Below, piece after piece: positions 9,816 to 20,062 of a DNA stretch of 64,000 bases (position 1 is its first letter; every line of letters starts with the position of its first letter). A program made the position numbers and the translations under genes. This stretch comes from Myxococcota bacterium (GTDB lineage: Bacteria; Myxococcota_A; UBA9160; UBA6930). The stretch covers positions 1,056,001 to 1,120,000 of the forward strand of contig OZ245002.1 in assembly GCA_965223415.1 (NCBI GenBank). The letters run 5' to 3'. The notes under the pieces were generated by a model that was given only the letters and a program-made list of their open reading frames with translations, made no database searches and was not told the origin of the DNA.

Positions 9816-10727
9816 TCATTCTTTCATATGGAAATCGACACTGTTCTTCAGGAGGAAATCGGCTTCTTTGTAGTCGGGGTAGAGCGCTTCCATTTCGGAC
9901 ATGGCCTCTGCTCTCGAACTAGCACTCGTGGTTACCCGATTGAAGTTGTCGATGTACCTGACCATGGTCGCGAACAGGCCAACATCAACATTGTCTGGGT
10001 CGCCGTGGCCTGGGTACACGGTCGGGCTGATGCTGGCATACCTGACTTGCAGTTCAACCAGTGCTTTCCGCCAATTCGCAATGTGTGCGTCAGTGACGCC
10101 GGAGCCGAACCAGAGGTGAACGTCGTGGTAGCCGAAGTCCGACGCGAACAGGCTGTTGATTTCTTCAACGTAGACGGTCGTCGGATGGTCCGATTCGGCG
10201 GGTGCATATGAAGTTTCGATCTTCAGGGTCCCGCCGCCCTCGAGTTCCAGGGTATCGCCGTCCAGCACGTTGATGTTGGCTTCATAGTCGAAACCACTCG
10301 GGTTCGTTCTGGATCTGGGTTTGAGGGCCGGTTCGGCGTCGAGCCAGCCAATGCCTTCCATGTATGTCGAGAAGGCGATGATGTCCTTCTTGATGTCTTC
10401 GGTCGGCACGACGATCTTGACCTCAGGGAACTCCTTCATCAGCCAGTTCATTCCGATGTAGTGATCGGGGTGACCGTGGCTGATCAGGATGTACTGGAGC
10501 GGCAAGTCCTTGGCGCGGATCACCTCGGCGAGCTTCTTCGCCTCGCTCGTCGCCCGCTGCACGTCCATGACGATCAGGGACTCACCGTTCGAGAAGATGT
10601 AGGAGTTCACCGTGGCCACCTCGCCGCGATAGATGTCCACTTCGATGGGCTGAGCCGCTCGTGCGTGTAGTTGGGCGAGAGAGAAAACGGCCACTACCGC
10701 CAGCACGACCCTTTTGAGTGTCCGCAT
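9816..10727 (-). CDS. Secreted MBL-fold metallo-hydrolase
   Basis: Signal peptide plus SHGHPDH and PGHG motifs. Confidence 0.88.
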   Translation of the reverse strand: MRTLKRVVLAVVAVFSLAQLHARAAQPIEVDIYRGEVATVNSYIFSNGESLIVMDVQRATSEAKKLAEVIRAKDLPLQYILISHGHPDHYIGMNWLMKEFPEVKIVVPTEDIKKDIIAFSTYMEGIGWLDAEPALKPRSRTNPSGFDYEANINVLDGDTLELEGGGTLKIETSYAPAESDHPTTVYVEEINSLFASDFGYHDVHLWFGSGVTDAHIANWRKALVELQVRYASISPTVYPGHGDPDNVDVGLFATMVRYIDNFNRVTTSASSRAEAMSEMEALYPDYKEADFLLKNSVDFHMKE

Positions 10728-10839
10728 GGTCTGATCCCTCCATTTCCGGGTTTCTTGACGCTTTCCGGACGACTCTAGACGGCGCGATTGCCCTGATCAT
10801 CACTTGATTGCGTGAGTGATAATCCGGAAACTCCGGATA

Positions 10840-11739
10840 ATGAGAATCGACGATGTCCTCCTGTTCGAACGGATCGCGGCGCTCAACTCGGTCTCCGCCG
10901 GTGGTGCCGCATGTGGCCTGTCCGCCACTGTGTCCAGTGACCGGCTGAAGCGGCTGGAAGCAGACCTTGGCTGCACCCTGCTGAATCGGACGACCCGCTC
11001 CATGTCCCTGACAGACCAGGGCTCGCGGTTCCTAGAACACGCGAAGGATCTGCTCGCCACATACGAGGCCACGCGCAATAGCGTGGGCAGGAGATCCGAA
11101 ACGCCGACGGGGCTCTTGCGGGTGGCAGCGCCGTCGCTGTTCGGCAAGAAGTTTCTGCCCGCAGTCATCCGCTCCTTCCTGACGAACTACACAGAGACAC
11201 GCCTGAATCTGAACTTGTCCGACGAGATCCTGAACTACACGGTTGAAGGCATCGATGTCGCCATTCGGATTGGCCGGCTGAAGGATTCGACGATGGTCGC
11301 ACGCAAGCTAGCCGACAATCACCGAGTACTCTGTGCCTCCCCGTCCTACATTCGACGCAATGGCATGCCCTCGGATCCGTCGGAGCTCCACCGACACGAT
11401 TGCATCATCTTCGTCGGCGAAGCCACCTGGCACATGAGCAAGGACTCGGAAGACGCGCGGGTCAGAGTATCCGGCAGGTTCGACACCAATAGCGCCGAAA
11501 TGGCCACGCAGGCGACCCTCGACGGCTTGGGCATCGCGCTGCGATCGCTGTGGGATATCGCAGATGATTTGAAGGCGGGCAGGCTCGTCCGCGTCCTGCC
11601 CGACCACGAGGTGCCCACCCAGTTCTCCATCTACGCGATCTATCCACCGGGGCGCTTCGTATCCCCGACCGCCAAGGCGTTCGTAGAACTCGTTCACAGG
11701 AATCTGCCCACGCTGGAGCTTCAACCGGCATCGCAGTGA
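10840..11739 (+). CDS. LysR family transcriptional regulator
   Basis: HTH with LLNRTTRSMSLT and a CrgA-like effector domain; divergent from the MBL gene. Confidence 0.92.
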   Translation: MRIDDVLLFERIAALNSVSAGGAACGLSATVSSDRLKRLEADLGCTLLNRTTRSMSLTDQGSRFLEHAKDLLATYEATRNSVGRRSETPTGLLRVAAPSLFGKKFLPAVIRSFLTNYTETRLNLNLSDEILNYTVEGIDVAIRIGRLKDSTMVARKLADNHRVLCASPSYIRRNGMPSDPSELHRHDCIIFVGEATWHMSKDSEDARVRVSGRFDTNSAEMATQATLDGLGIALRSLWDIADDLKAGRLVRVLPDHEVPTQFSIYAIYPPGRFVSPTAKAFVELVHRNLPTLELQPASQ

Positions 11740-11840
11740 GGTCCGCCTGTCGATTCCCGCGGGCATGACCCAGGTATTCTCACGGGGTTGACCCATGGGT
11801 CCCGGGCCGGTGGATGAGGTAGCACGCTCCTTGTTTGGCG

Positions 11841-12647
11841 TCAGCGGACGCGGGTTCGGCGGCGGCTTCGGCGCTGGGGATTGGCGGGGGTGTGGGTCGG
11901 CATTTCGCCGGGGCGCTGTTGCTTGCGGTAGCTCTCGCCCTCGATGACGAGCTGGTAGGCGTTGTGGGCGAGGCGGTCGAGGGCGCTCTGGGCCAGGATG
12001 GGGTCGTCGAAGAGGGGGATCCATTCCTCGATGGCGCGGTTGCTGGTGACGATCGTCGAAGCGCGGCGGTGGCGTTCGAGGACGACCTCGTAGAGATCGC
12101 TCGACTGCTCGGCGGAGAGGCGCCGGAGGCCGAAGTCGTCGAGGACGAGGAGGTCCGGGGCGAGGAGGCGTCGGAAGACCTTCTCGGTCGAGAGGTCGGC
12201 TCGCGACTGGTGGAGCCAGTGGAACATGCGGTCGACGCGGAGGAAGAGGACGTGGTGCCCGGCCCGGCAGGCGGCGTGTCCCAGGGCGGAGGCCAGGAAG
12301 GTCTTGCCCACGCCCACGGGGCCGAGCAGGATGACGTCCTCGTGGCGCTCGAGGAAGCCGAGGGAGAAGAGGTCCTTCACGCGATCGCGATCGAAGGTGA
12401 CGGGGGCATCCCAGTCGAAGGCCTCGAGGGTCTGCTCTTCCTCGAAGCCGGCGCGGGAAAGGCGCGTCTCGAGGTTCTTGTGGTCGCGGCGATCGACTTC
12501 GTCCTGAAGGACGAGCTCCAGGAGGTCGAGCTCAGGGAGCTTCGTCTTCCGGGTGTAGGCCACGCGATCGGGGAGCGTGGCCAGCATGCCCGAGAGCTTC
12601 AGGCGTTTGAGCAGGGTCTTGAGGGACGGGTTGATCTCGGTCGTCAT
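11841..12647 (-). CDS. istB: IS21 helper ATPase IstB
   Basis: Walker A GPVGVGKT, LLVLDDFG, TSNR and DRL motifs. Confidence 0.93.
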   Translation of the reverse strand: MTTEINPSLKTLLKRLKLSGMLATLPDRVAYTRKTKLPELDLLELVLQDEVDRRDHKNLETRLSRAGFEEEQTLEAFDWDAPVTFDRDRVKDLFSLGFLERHEDVILLGPVGVGKTFLASALGHAACRAGHHVLFLRVDRMFHWLHQSRADLSTEKVFRRLLAPDLLVLDDFGLRRLSAEQSSDLYEVVLERHRRASTIVTSNRAIEEWIPLFDDPILAQSALDRLAHNAYQLVIEGESYRKQQRPGEMPTHTPANPQRRSRRRTRVR

Positions 12648-14244
12648 GGGGGGTGGTCTCCTTGTCGGGGTTGTCGTTGGGGTGGGTGAAGTGCCCTTGC
12701 GGGCGCAGGAAACGGGGCGGCAGGAGCAGGAGCTGTCCGGGGGTGCTGGGGTCGCCGAGCGGCTGGATGCCTTCGGCCACGATGCGTTCGAGGCGCTTCG
12801 TGTTGATGAGGTCGAAGGCGAGGGCCCTGCGGCAGCCGGCGTCGACGCGCGGCAGGCCGTACTTGTGGCCGAGGCGAAGCAGCTTCTGGGCCTGGCGGAG
12901 CTTGGACCAGGGGAAGGGGCCGGCCAGGAGCTTCTCGGCGAAGCGCCCAATGTGAGGCCCCTGGTCGCGCGCCTGGCGGATCGCCGCTTCCGGGTCCCGC
13001 ATGGCGTAGGGGGCACGCTCGGGCGGATAGTCGTGGTAGTCGGTGGAGCGGCAGCCAGGGTCCACGCGCTCGTGGGTCTTGATGCACTCGCCGTCGACGT
13101 ACATGCGGATGAGCTTCGAGTCGCCGCGAACCCAGACGCGCTTGCCCACGTGGCGGGTGGGCACGGTGTAGAAGGCCTTTTGGAACTGGACGTGGTGGTC
13201 GGGGTGGACCTTCGCCTCGGCCCAGGTGGGCGGATCGAAGCGCGGGCGCACGAGGGGCTGCAGAGCCGGCTTCTCCGTGTTCTCGAAGACGGCCAGGGGC
13301 CTCTTGCGCGTCGTCCCGTGAGTGCGCTGGCCGGCGACCTCCAGGCACCAGCGCGCGGCCTCGCGCTGCACGTGGTCGCGTCCCAGCCACTGCTCGCCAC
13401 GGAAGAAGCGCTCGCGCACGTACTGCACCTGGCGCTCGACGTGGGGCTTGCCCTTGGGATGCCGAGGCACGGCGGCATCGATGACGAAGCCGCGGTAGTG
13501 GGCGTACTCGGCGAAGGTGCGCTGGAAGATCGGCTCGTAGCGGTCGGCCTTCGTGACGGCCGCCTTCAGATTGTCCAGCACCACGCGCACCGGGACCCCG
13601 CCGAAGAACGCCCAGGCGTCCTCGAGCCCCTCGAGCAGATCGGGGAGCTTCTGGCCGTAGGTCACGTGGACGTACTGGTGGCGGCTATGGACGAGGGTGA
13701 CGATCAGGGCATGAACGGTGCGGCGGCGCCCGGTCTCCGGATCCCAGACCATGCCGAGGCGGCCGAAGTCGACCTCGGCGAGCTCGCCGGGGGCCACCGC
13801 CGCCATGCGCACCGTCACCCGGCGCCGGTCTTGGAACCCGCAGTGGCGGACCGCGAAGCGGTGGAGCGAGCTGTAGGGGACGCGCACGCCCTCGCGCCCG
13901 AGCAGGTCGTAGACCTTCGTCAGCCGCAGTCCTCGGCCACCCGCCTCGGGCTGGAGCCACGCTCGGATCCGGTCGGCATGCGGCGCCAGCTGCGCCTCGC
14001 TCTCTCCCGCGTCGCGCTGCGTGGGCACAGGCCGCACCCGAGCCGCCACCCCTTGGGCCAGGGCCTCATCCGGCTCCCTCGGCCCCCTGGCGACCCAGCC
14101 CAGCTCCCCGGCGACTTGCACGTAGCGCCGGATCGTCTTGCGCGTGTGCCCCGTGGCCCGCGCCATCGCCACCTGGCTCTCGCCTCGGTGCGCCCGGCGG
14201 AGCACCTCCAGAATCTCCCACATGCCGACCTCGCGATACGCCAT
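12532..14244 (-). CDS. istA: IS21 transposase IstA
   Basis: Motifs AEVDFG, VVLDNLK and KGKPHVER (DDE). Confidence 0.93.
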   Translation of the reverse strand: MAYREVGMWEILEVLRRAHRGESQVAMARATGHTRKTIRRYVQVAGELGWVARGPREPDEALAQGVAARVRPVPTQRDAGESEAQLAPHADRIRAWLQPEAGGRGLRLTKVYDLLGREGVRVPYSSLHRFAVRHCGFQDRRRVTVRMAAVAPGELAEVDFGRLGMVWDPETGRRRTVHALIVTLVHSRHQYVHVTYGQKLPDLLEGLEDAWAFFGGVPVRVVLDNLKAAVTKADRYEPIFQRTFAEYAHYRGFVIDAAVPRHPKGKPHVERQVQYVRERFFRGEQWLGRDHVQREAARWCLEVAGQRTHGTTRKRPLAVFENTEKPALQPLVRPRFDPPTWAEAKVHPDHHVQFQKAFYTVPTRHVGKRVWVRGDSKLIRMYVDGECIKTHERVDPGCRSTDYHDYPPERAPYAMRDPEAAIRQARDQGPHIGRFAEKLLAGPFPWSKLRQAQKLLRLGHKYGLPRVDAGCRRALAFDLINTKRLERIVAEGIQPLGDPSTPGQLLLLPPRFLRPQGHFTHPNDNPDKETTPHDDRDQPVPQDPAQTPEALGHAGHAPRSRGLHPEDEAP

Positions 14245-14619
14245 CTGCCTGCGCCTCCTCTGGCGCCGCAGAATGGCCTGGGTCGGCCACGGGACCGGCC
14301 TCCTCCTGAGCCCCCCCCATCTGGGGTGGGTCATGCTCGTGAGAAAACCGCGGTCAGGCCTGGGTCATGCCCGTGAGAAAAGGTGAGTCATGCCCGTGAG
14401 AAATGACACGCCCATTGCCGCCGGCCGCGCCTCCATCGCGCGACTTCAAAGCGGTGACGCGGACTGACCCCTGCTGGCAGTGCAGGGGAGTGCACCGGGG
14501 TGCAGAGAACGGTCGTCTGGAAGGCACCAGGTCCGCGGACGGCACTGGACGGCGCCTCCGAGGGAGAAGAAGTCCTGCCCACGTTCGCCGAGCCCTATGT
14601 GGTAGTGACGAACCCAGGC

Positions 14620-15135
14620 TTCATGGGCTGGTCGGTGGCGGAGACCATCAACCAGGCGGCCTGGATCTACGCCGCGAGGAGCTTCGCCGTCGGCCTCGAC
14701 TTCTTCCTCGCAGCGTATCTGTGCAGCGCACCGATGCTCTTCATCCTGATCTTCGTTCGGTTCGTGACCGATCTCATCGACCTGCCCACGTTCTTGGTCT
14801 TCATCACTCGAATCCTGGACGCGTCATCGGGATCTTCGTCTTCCTCTACTACATCCCGGCTCTCGTAGCGCTGCGATTTCCGTGGGGCGAGATGAAGGGT
14901 GAGACGCGTCCTGGCCGGCATCGGGTTTCTGATGAATCAGCGGGTTTCCGCGGGCCCGAACGTACCGGTCGAATGGGACCAGGGTCCGGAGGCACCGAGT
15001 ATGGACGGCGACCGCCCTCCCAACGCGATCTTGGTCCTCGCCGACGACCTCGGGTGGAACGATCTCACCTTCGGGGGTGGGGGCGTCGCCGGCGGGACCG
15101 TGCCGACCCCGAACATCGATTGCGGCCGAAGGTGA
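14620..15135 (+). pseudogene. Remnants of a small membrane protein and the N-terminus of a sulfatase
   Basis: RPPNAILVLADDLGWNDL...PTPNID is a sulfatase N-terminus and is truncated; the preceding hydrophobic ORF is frameshifted. Confidence 0.6.
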
Positions 15136-15195
15136 CCTGCCCCGGGTCGATCCGGCGGTGCCGATCGAAGAGAGCGTCGCAGGAGAGTCCGCGAA

Positions 15196-15245
15196 TGTCC
15201 TTGGCGAGACATCGCTGACACCTGATTCCGGAGACATGGTCTGAT
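15196..15245 (-). mobile_element. Isolated IS481-like terminal repeat
   Basis: TGTCC end followed by two GAGACAT motifs (gagacatcgctgaca...ttccggagacatgg), resembling IS481-family ends. Confidence 0.4.
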
Positions 15246-15444
15246 CTACGAGCGCGACAAAACCTGTGGCCTGGCCGGTCTCCAAGACCGACCCCGGCGC
15301 CCCTACCGCCACGCGAGCCAACTCCCGCACCAGATCGAGCGCGATCCTCGGGATCAAGAAGGAGCACACCTCCTGGTCGAAAAGGTTGCGTCTATGGTTT
15401 CTCCATGAAATAATTGCGTTGGTCAATCTTCACCGGGAGGCCCC

Positions 15445-16038
15445 ATGTCCGACGACAGCGAGCGAACCGCAATCGTCCTGATCGACCACCAGGTCGGCAC
15501 CATGGGTTGGGTGCGGACGACTTCGGTCGAGACGATGGAAAGAAACGCTGCGGCGCTTGCGGAGACCGCGGTAGCGCTTGGAGCGCCCGTGGTGCTCACC
15601 AGCAGCATGGAGAACGCGCCCCAAGGCCCCTTGTTCCCGAAGCTCGAAGAGATCGTCCCCGATGCGTTCGCAAAGCGGGTTCAACGTGCCGGTATCGTGA
15701 ATGGCTGGGAGGATCCCGACTTCTCCGGCGCCGTTCGAGCGACTGACTGCAAGCGGCTCGTCATGGCTGGGGTTACGACCGACGTGTGCCTAGCACCGCC
15801 CGTCATCGGCGCCGTGCGCGAGGGCTACCGGGTCGACGCCGTCATAGACGCCTCGGGTTCCCCCACGCAGCTCGCAGAGGACCTGGCCCTCCGACGGATG
15901 GAACAAGCCGGTGCATCGCTTACCACCACGATCGCGGTTCTCTCGGAGCTCGCACGGGATTGGACCAGCCCCGCCGGCGACAAGCTGCTCCAACTCGTCA
16001 CTGGCAAGCTCCTCCCCGCCGAGCTCGGTACAGCCTGA
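15445..16038 (+). CDS. Isochorismatase family hydrolase (YcaC-like)
   Basis: Motifs LIDHQ and AGVTTDVC. Confidence 0.88.
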   Translation: MSDDSERTAIVLIDHQVGTMGWVRTTSVETMERNAAALAETAVALGAPVVLTSSMENAPQGPLFPKLEEIVPDAFAKRVQRAGIVNGWEDPDFSGAVRATDCKRLVMAGVTTDVCLAPPVIGAVREGYRVDAVIDASGSPTQLAEDLALRRMEQAGASLTTTIAVLSELARDWTSPAGDKLLQLVTGKLLPAELGTA

Positions 16039-16047
16039 GGACTTCCC

Positions 16048-16512
16048 TTGGCGACGCGGTTCAGCCTCCACGACAGCACGGGGCACTGGTTGGCACGTCT
16101 CTTCTCCGCCATGCGTGCCGAGTTCGACGACGCTCTTCGTGCGAAGGGTGTGACGATGGCCGAGTGGGCAGTACTCGCCGCGGCACGAGACGGCGTGCGG
16201 CTCCCCTCTGAGGTGGCCGCCTACGCCGGCGTGAGCCGTGCTGTGGTGTCCCGCTCGCTCGAACGCCTCGAGGAGCGGGGTCTGATTACGCGGGAGCCCT
16301 CCCAGCGCGACCGCCGGGCGGTCATCATCGGTTTGACGCGAACGGGTTCCCGGGTGGCCGACGCACTCGTGGCGGAAAACGAGCGCATCAATGCCGCCTT
16401 CGCTTCGGGCCTCTCGGCAGCGGAGATGAAAGCGTTTCGTCGGACCGTCCAGCGAATGCTCGCGAACCGACCTCGAGAGGCCAACAAGGAGGATCCCCCG
16501 CATGCGCCTTGA
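16048..16512 (+). CDS. MarR family regulator
   Basis: Winged HTH with DRR motif. Confidence 0.88.
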   Translation: MATRFSLHDSTGHWLARLFSAMRAEFDDALRAKGVTMAEWAVLAAARDGVRLPSEVAAYAGVSRAVVSRSLERLEERGLITREPSQRDRRAVIIGLTRTGSRVADALVAENERINAAFASGLSAAEMKAFRRTVQRMLANRPREANKEDPPHAP

Positions 16513-16921
16513 CAGCCTCATCGCTGGCATCGCCCATATCGGGGTCCGCGTGCATGACCTCCAGACGGCCCGCGCCTTCTACGAGGGCCTCGGCTTTCGC
16601 TTCGTTGCGGGTCCCGTAGGCCCGGAACCAGCCGCGATTCTCGAGCACCCCTCGGGCACGGTCGTCAACTTCATTCTCAACGCCAACTCCGGTACCTCGA
16701 AGAATGTGCTGATGGACCTCCCGGAGAAACACCCTGGCTACACGCACATCGCGCTCGCCGTTTCGGACCTACGCGCTGTGCAAGCCGAGTTGAGCGACCT
16801 CGGCGTGCGAATCACCGAGGGACCCATGAAACTCGGACCGGGGGTGCGCGCACTCTTCGTCCGCGACCCTGACGGCAACGTGATCGAGTTCAATCAGGCT
16901 CGCCAGCCTGCGGACGGCTAG
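16502..16921 (+). CDS. VOC/glyoxalase family protein
   Basis: Motifs HIGVRV, HIAL and RDPDGNVIEF. Confidence 0.9.
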   Translation: MRLDSLIAGIAHIGVRVHDLQTARAFYEGLGFRFVAGPVGPEPAAILEHPSGTVVNFILNANSGTSKNVLMDLPEKHPGYTHIALAVSDLRAVQAELSDLGVRITEGPMKLGPGVRALFVRDPDGNVIEFNQARQPADG

Positions 16922-16935
16922 TGCTTCGCGTCTAG

Positions 16936-17190
16936 GAGCACACCTCCTGGGGTGCCCCGAAGATCCGCGACGGGCGGATCCGCGACTTCCCGATGATCAA
17001 GCCGGCCGCCGTGAGCACGGTACATGCCGTGCTGGATCGCAACGGTCTCCCGAAGCTACGTAGGCGCCGCCGTCACAAGGCCAAGGGCACGGAGCTCAAG
17101 GCGGCCCTCGGTCTCGGAGCCCTCGATCTGGTGGCTCACGCCGGTTCACGGCGTCTTCCGCCACGAGCGACCGCACCAGGCCCTGGGCGG
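16936..17190 (+). pseudogene. IS481-family transposase remnant
   Basis: HTSWGAPKIR..STVHAVLDRNGL..RRRR followed by RHERPHQALG; internally deleted. Confidence 0.7.
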
Positions 17191-17274
17191 GGCCGGCGAC
17201 GTCTGTTCACCAAGCCCGCCCTGCCAAACCTGCCGAGGCAGGTGGGGTCTGCGGCGTATCGCGTCCGGATGATC

Positions 17275-17520
17275 TGAACCGAGCTGGAAGTGGGCTTCAC
17301 GCTGCTTTGCCTCGCGGACGGTCTCGACGTATCCGGCTTCGAGAAGGTCGCGCGGAAGCGCGCCGTGCCACTCTCCCTCGTGCAGCTGCGGTGCAGCAAT
17401 GCGCGCAAGGCGTACGAGCGCGATCTGATCCTGGTTCGCCCCGATCAGCACGTCTGCTGGCGAGGCAACGAATCGCCCTGGGATGCAGGTTCGGTTCTGG
17501 ACCGCGTCCGAGGAGCTTGA
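17275..17520 (+). pseudogene. C-terminal remnant of an FAD-dependent monooxygenase
   Basis: GFTLL...LILVRPDQHVCWRG matches the C-terminal thioredoxin-like domain of aromatic hydroxylases; no N-terminus is present. Confidence 0.7.
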
Positions 17521-17653
17521 GCAGGAATCCGGCTCGCAGCCGATCCGGCGCGACCCAGCTTCTGTGGCGCGCCGAGCACGGCTCGAACGTGCGACCCCAT
17601 TTCGGCAGGCGGATCCGTGTATCCTGTGCGTGGACACTTGGGGAGATCGATCC

Positions 17654-19258
17654 ATGAGCGACGACGTCGCCGACGTTCTCATCATCGGAGCCGGAGCATC
17701 CGGCGCGGCGGTCGCGTGGAGCCTGGCCGAGACGCGCATGCGCATCGTGTGCCTCGAGCAGGGGGACTGGGTCGACCCGTCGGCCTACCCAACGAACTCC
17801 GCCAACTGGGAGAGTCAGGCGTTCGGCTCCTGGAACATCGACCCGAACGTTCGCGGCCTCGAGACCGACTACCCGATCAACAACGACGACTCCGAATGCG
17901 TCGTCGTGAATTTCAACGGCGTCGGCGGGAGCACCATCCTGTACGGCGCCCACTTCCCGCGGCTCCACCCGTCCGACTTCAAGGTGAGGAGTCTCGACGG
18001 CGTCGCCGACGACTGGCCGATCGACTACGCCACACTCGAGCCCTACTTCGCCGAGAACGATCGCATGATGGGCGTCTCGGGCATCGCGGGCGATCCCATG
18101 TACCCGCCGAAGGATCCTCCGTTGCCGCCGATCGCGATGGGCCTCGTCGGCGAAACGATGGCGCGGGGCTACAACAAGCTCGGCTGGCACTGGTGGCCCT
18201 CGGACAGCGCGATCATCTCCGAGCCCTACGGAGACCGCGATCGATGCCGCTACCTCGGCCCCTGCCTCAGCGGCTGCTCTCAGGGCGGCAAGTCGAGCGC
18301 CGACATCACCTACTGGCCGAAGGCGGTGCAGCGCGGCGTCGATCTGCGCACCCGGTGTCGCGTGCGCGAGATCACCCTCGACGAGCGGGGCTTCGCGGAT
18401 GGCGTCATCTACTACGACGAAGAGGGCAAGGAGTGCCGCCAGCGTGCCGAGATCGTGATCCTGGCGTGCAACGGCGTCGGCACCCCTCGCATCCTGCTGA
18501 ACTCGAAGTCGAGCCGGTTTCCGGATGGTCTCGGGAACCGGAGCGGCTTGGTCGGCAAGAACCTGATGTTCCACGTCTTCGGCTACGTGCAGGGGTTGTT
18601 CGAGGAGCGCCTCGACAGCCACAAGGGACCGATGGCCTGCTGCATCCTGAGCAAGCAGTTCTACGAGACCGACGCCTCGCGCGGCTTTCTTCGCGGGTAC
18701 AACATGCAGATCGTCCGCGGCTCGGGCCCGCTCGGAACGGCCATGCAGGGCTTCGCCACGGGGACCATCCCGTGGGGCAAGGGCCATCACGAGGCCTTCG
18801 CGAAGCATTTCGACCACGTCGCCTCCATCGGCATCGTCGGCGAGGACCTGCCGGAGGAGCACAACCGGGTGACGCTCGACCCCAAGCTTGTCGACTCCCA
18901 CGGCATCCCAGCGCCGAAGATCACGTACAAGTACAGCGAGAACAGCCTGAGGCTCATGCAGCACGGGCTCGAGCGGGGCGAGGAGGTGATGCGCGCCGCC
19001 GGTGCCAAGGACGTCATGAGCACGGGGCCCATGCGACCCACCGGCTGGCACCTGATGGGCACGGCCCGCATGGGCGACGACCCGGAGACCTCCGTCGTGA
19101 ATAGCTGGGGGCGCAGCCACGACGTGAAGAATCTGTTCGTCGTCGACGGCAGCATCTTCGTCACCTCGGGCGGTGTGAACTGCGCGAGCACGATCCAGGC
19201 GTGCGCGCTCTACATCGCCGACTCGATCAAGAAGAACCTCACCAACCTCTTCGACTGA
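17654..19258 (+). CDS. GMC family oxidoreductase
   Basis: Motifs IIGAGASG, GVGGSTI and HLMGTARMG. Confidence 0.92.
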   Translation: MSDDVADVLIIGAGASGAAVAWSLAETRMRIVCLEQGDWVDPSAYPTNSANWESQAFGSWNIDPNVRGLETDYPINNDDSECVVVNFNGVGGSTILYGAHFPRLHPSDFKVRSLDGVADDWPIDYATLEPYFAENDRMMGVSGIAGDPMYPPKDPPLPPIAMGLVGETMARGYNKLGWHWWPSDSAIISEPYGDRDRCRYLGPCLSGCSQGGKSSADITYWPKAVQRGVDLRTRCRVREITLDERGFADGVIYYDEEGKECRQRAEIVILACNGVGTPRILLNSKSSRFPDGLGNRSGLVGKNLMFHVFGYVQGLFEERLDSHKGPMACCILSKQFYETDASRGFLRGYNMQIVRGSGPLGTAMQGFATGTIPWGKGHHEAFAKHFDHVASIGIVGEDLPEEHNRVTLDPKLVDSHGIPAPKITYKYSENSLRLMQHGLERGEEVMRAAGAKDVMSTGPMRPTGWHLMGTARMGDDPETSVVNSWGRSHDVKNLFVVDGSIFVTSGGVNCASTIQACALYIADSIKKNLTNLFD

Positions 19259-19271
19259 AGCCGGAGCCAGC

Positions 19272-19715
19272 GTGTCCAACCCCGTACTGACCGACACCCA
19301 GCGAGTCGCACTCCCTGCGCTGCTCGATACGATCGTCCCCGCGAGCGACGACGGCGAGATGCCGAGCGGGTCCGAAACGGCCTTCGACGCCTATCTCGTC
19401 ACGCAGGGACAGGGCTCCGTCCCCATCCTCCAGGCCGTGCTGGACCAGCTCGGTGCCGGCTTCACGGATCTCTCGCCGGAGGAGCGTCACGCCCGCCTGA
19501 CCGAGCTGCAGAACGAGCAGCTCGCGCTCTTCTCTGGCCTGCTGGCGTGCGTGTACGACTGCTACTACCAGGACGACCGCGTTCGCGAGAGGATCGACAT
19601 GGTTCGCGGCCCGGTGTTCCCACAAGGGAACGAGGTCGCCCAGGCCGACCTGTCGCTGCTCGATCCCGTCATCGAGAACGCGGACGCCTTCCGCTATCGC
19701 GCTCCGACCGGCTGA
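19272..19715 (+). CDS. Gluconate 2-dehydrogenase subunit 3-like protein
   Basis: LLDTIVP...MPSG and YYQDDRV motifs; adjacent to the GMC gene. Confidence 0.7.
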   Translation: MSNPVLTDTQRVALPALLDTIVPASDDGEMPSGSETAFDAYLVTQGQGSVPILQAVLDQLGAGFTDLSPEERHARLTELQNEQLALFSGLLACVYDCYYQDDRVRERIDMVRGPVFPQGNEVAQADLSLLDPVIENADAFRYRAPTG

Positions 19716-19782
19716 ACGTCGACTCTGCAGGGGGCTGCCATAGCGTGCATTGAGGTGTCGTTTCAACGGCACCGGGCGCGTT

Positions 19783-20062
19783 CTCAATTCACCCGTTCGA
19801 ATCGCCGGTCAGGGACGAGCCAAGCCAACGCGACCACGACATGGACCATGAACGCGAGAACCGGCGCGAGAAACGAGGCCCCGACGCCAAGCACATGGGC
19901 TCCCACAGATGCTGCACCTTTCCTAGACGAAGCTCAACGCGTAGCTGCCAAGAGCCGGCAACACGGGCAGAAGTGCGGCGGGGGTTGGCTCGTGAGGTAC
20001 TTTCAGTTCCAGCACCATGATCGCACCCCATCGCTGAAGGCCTCGAGGCGATTCGTACTCAC
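19783..20062 (-). pseudogene. TMEM175/DUF1211 potassium channel remnant
   Basis: Minus strand reads NRLEAFSDGV..IMVLELKVPH..SYALSFV* and ..WLVPDRRFERV; frameshifted, with the middle deleted. Confidence 0.7.

Larger units (their letters stand above)
11748..14408 (-). mobile_element. IS21 family element (complete)
   Basis: TGTC...GACA ends with repeated TCACGGGCATGACCC-like subterminal motifs, a 4-bp target duplication CGCC (11744-11747 and 14409-14412), and istA/istB inside. Confidence 0.92.

Noticed and set aside
14328..14408. Three tandem TCATGCCCGTGAGAAA-like repeats resembling a mini CRISPR or iterons
   Set aside because: They are IS21 subterminal transposase-binding repeats, mirrored at 11748-11795. 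No cas genes or regular spacers are present in the window.
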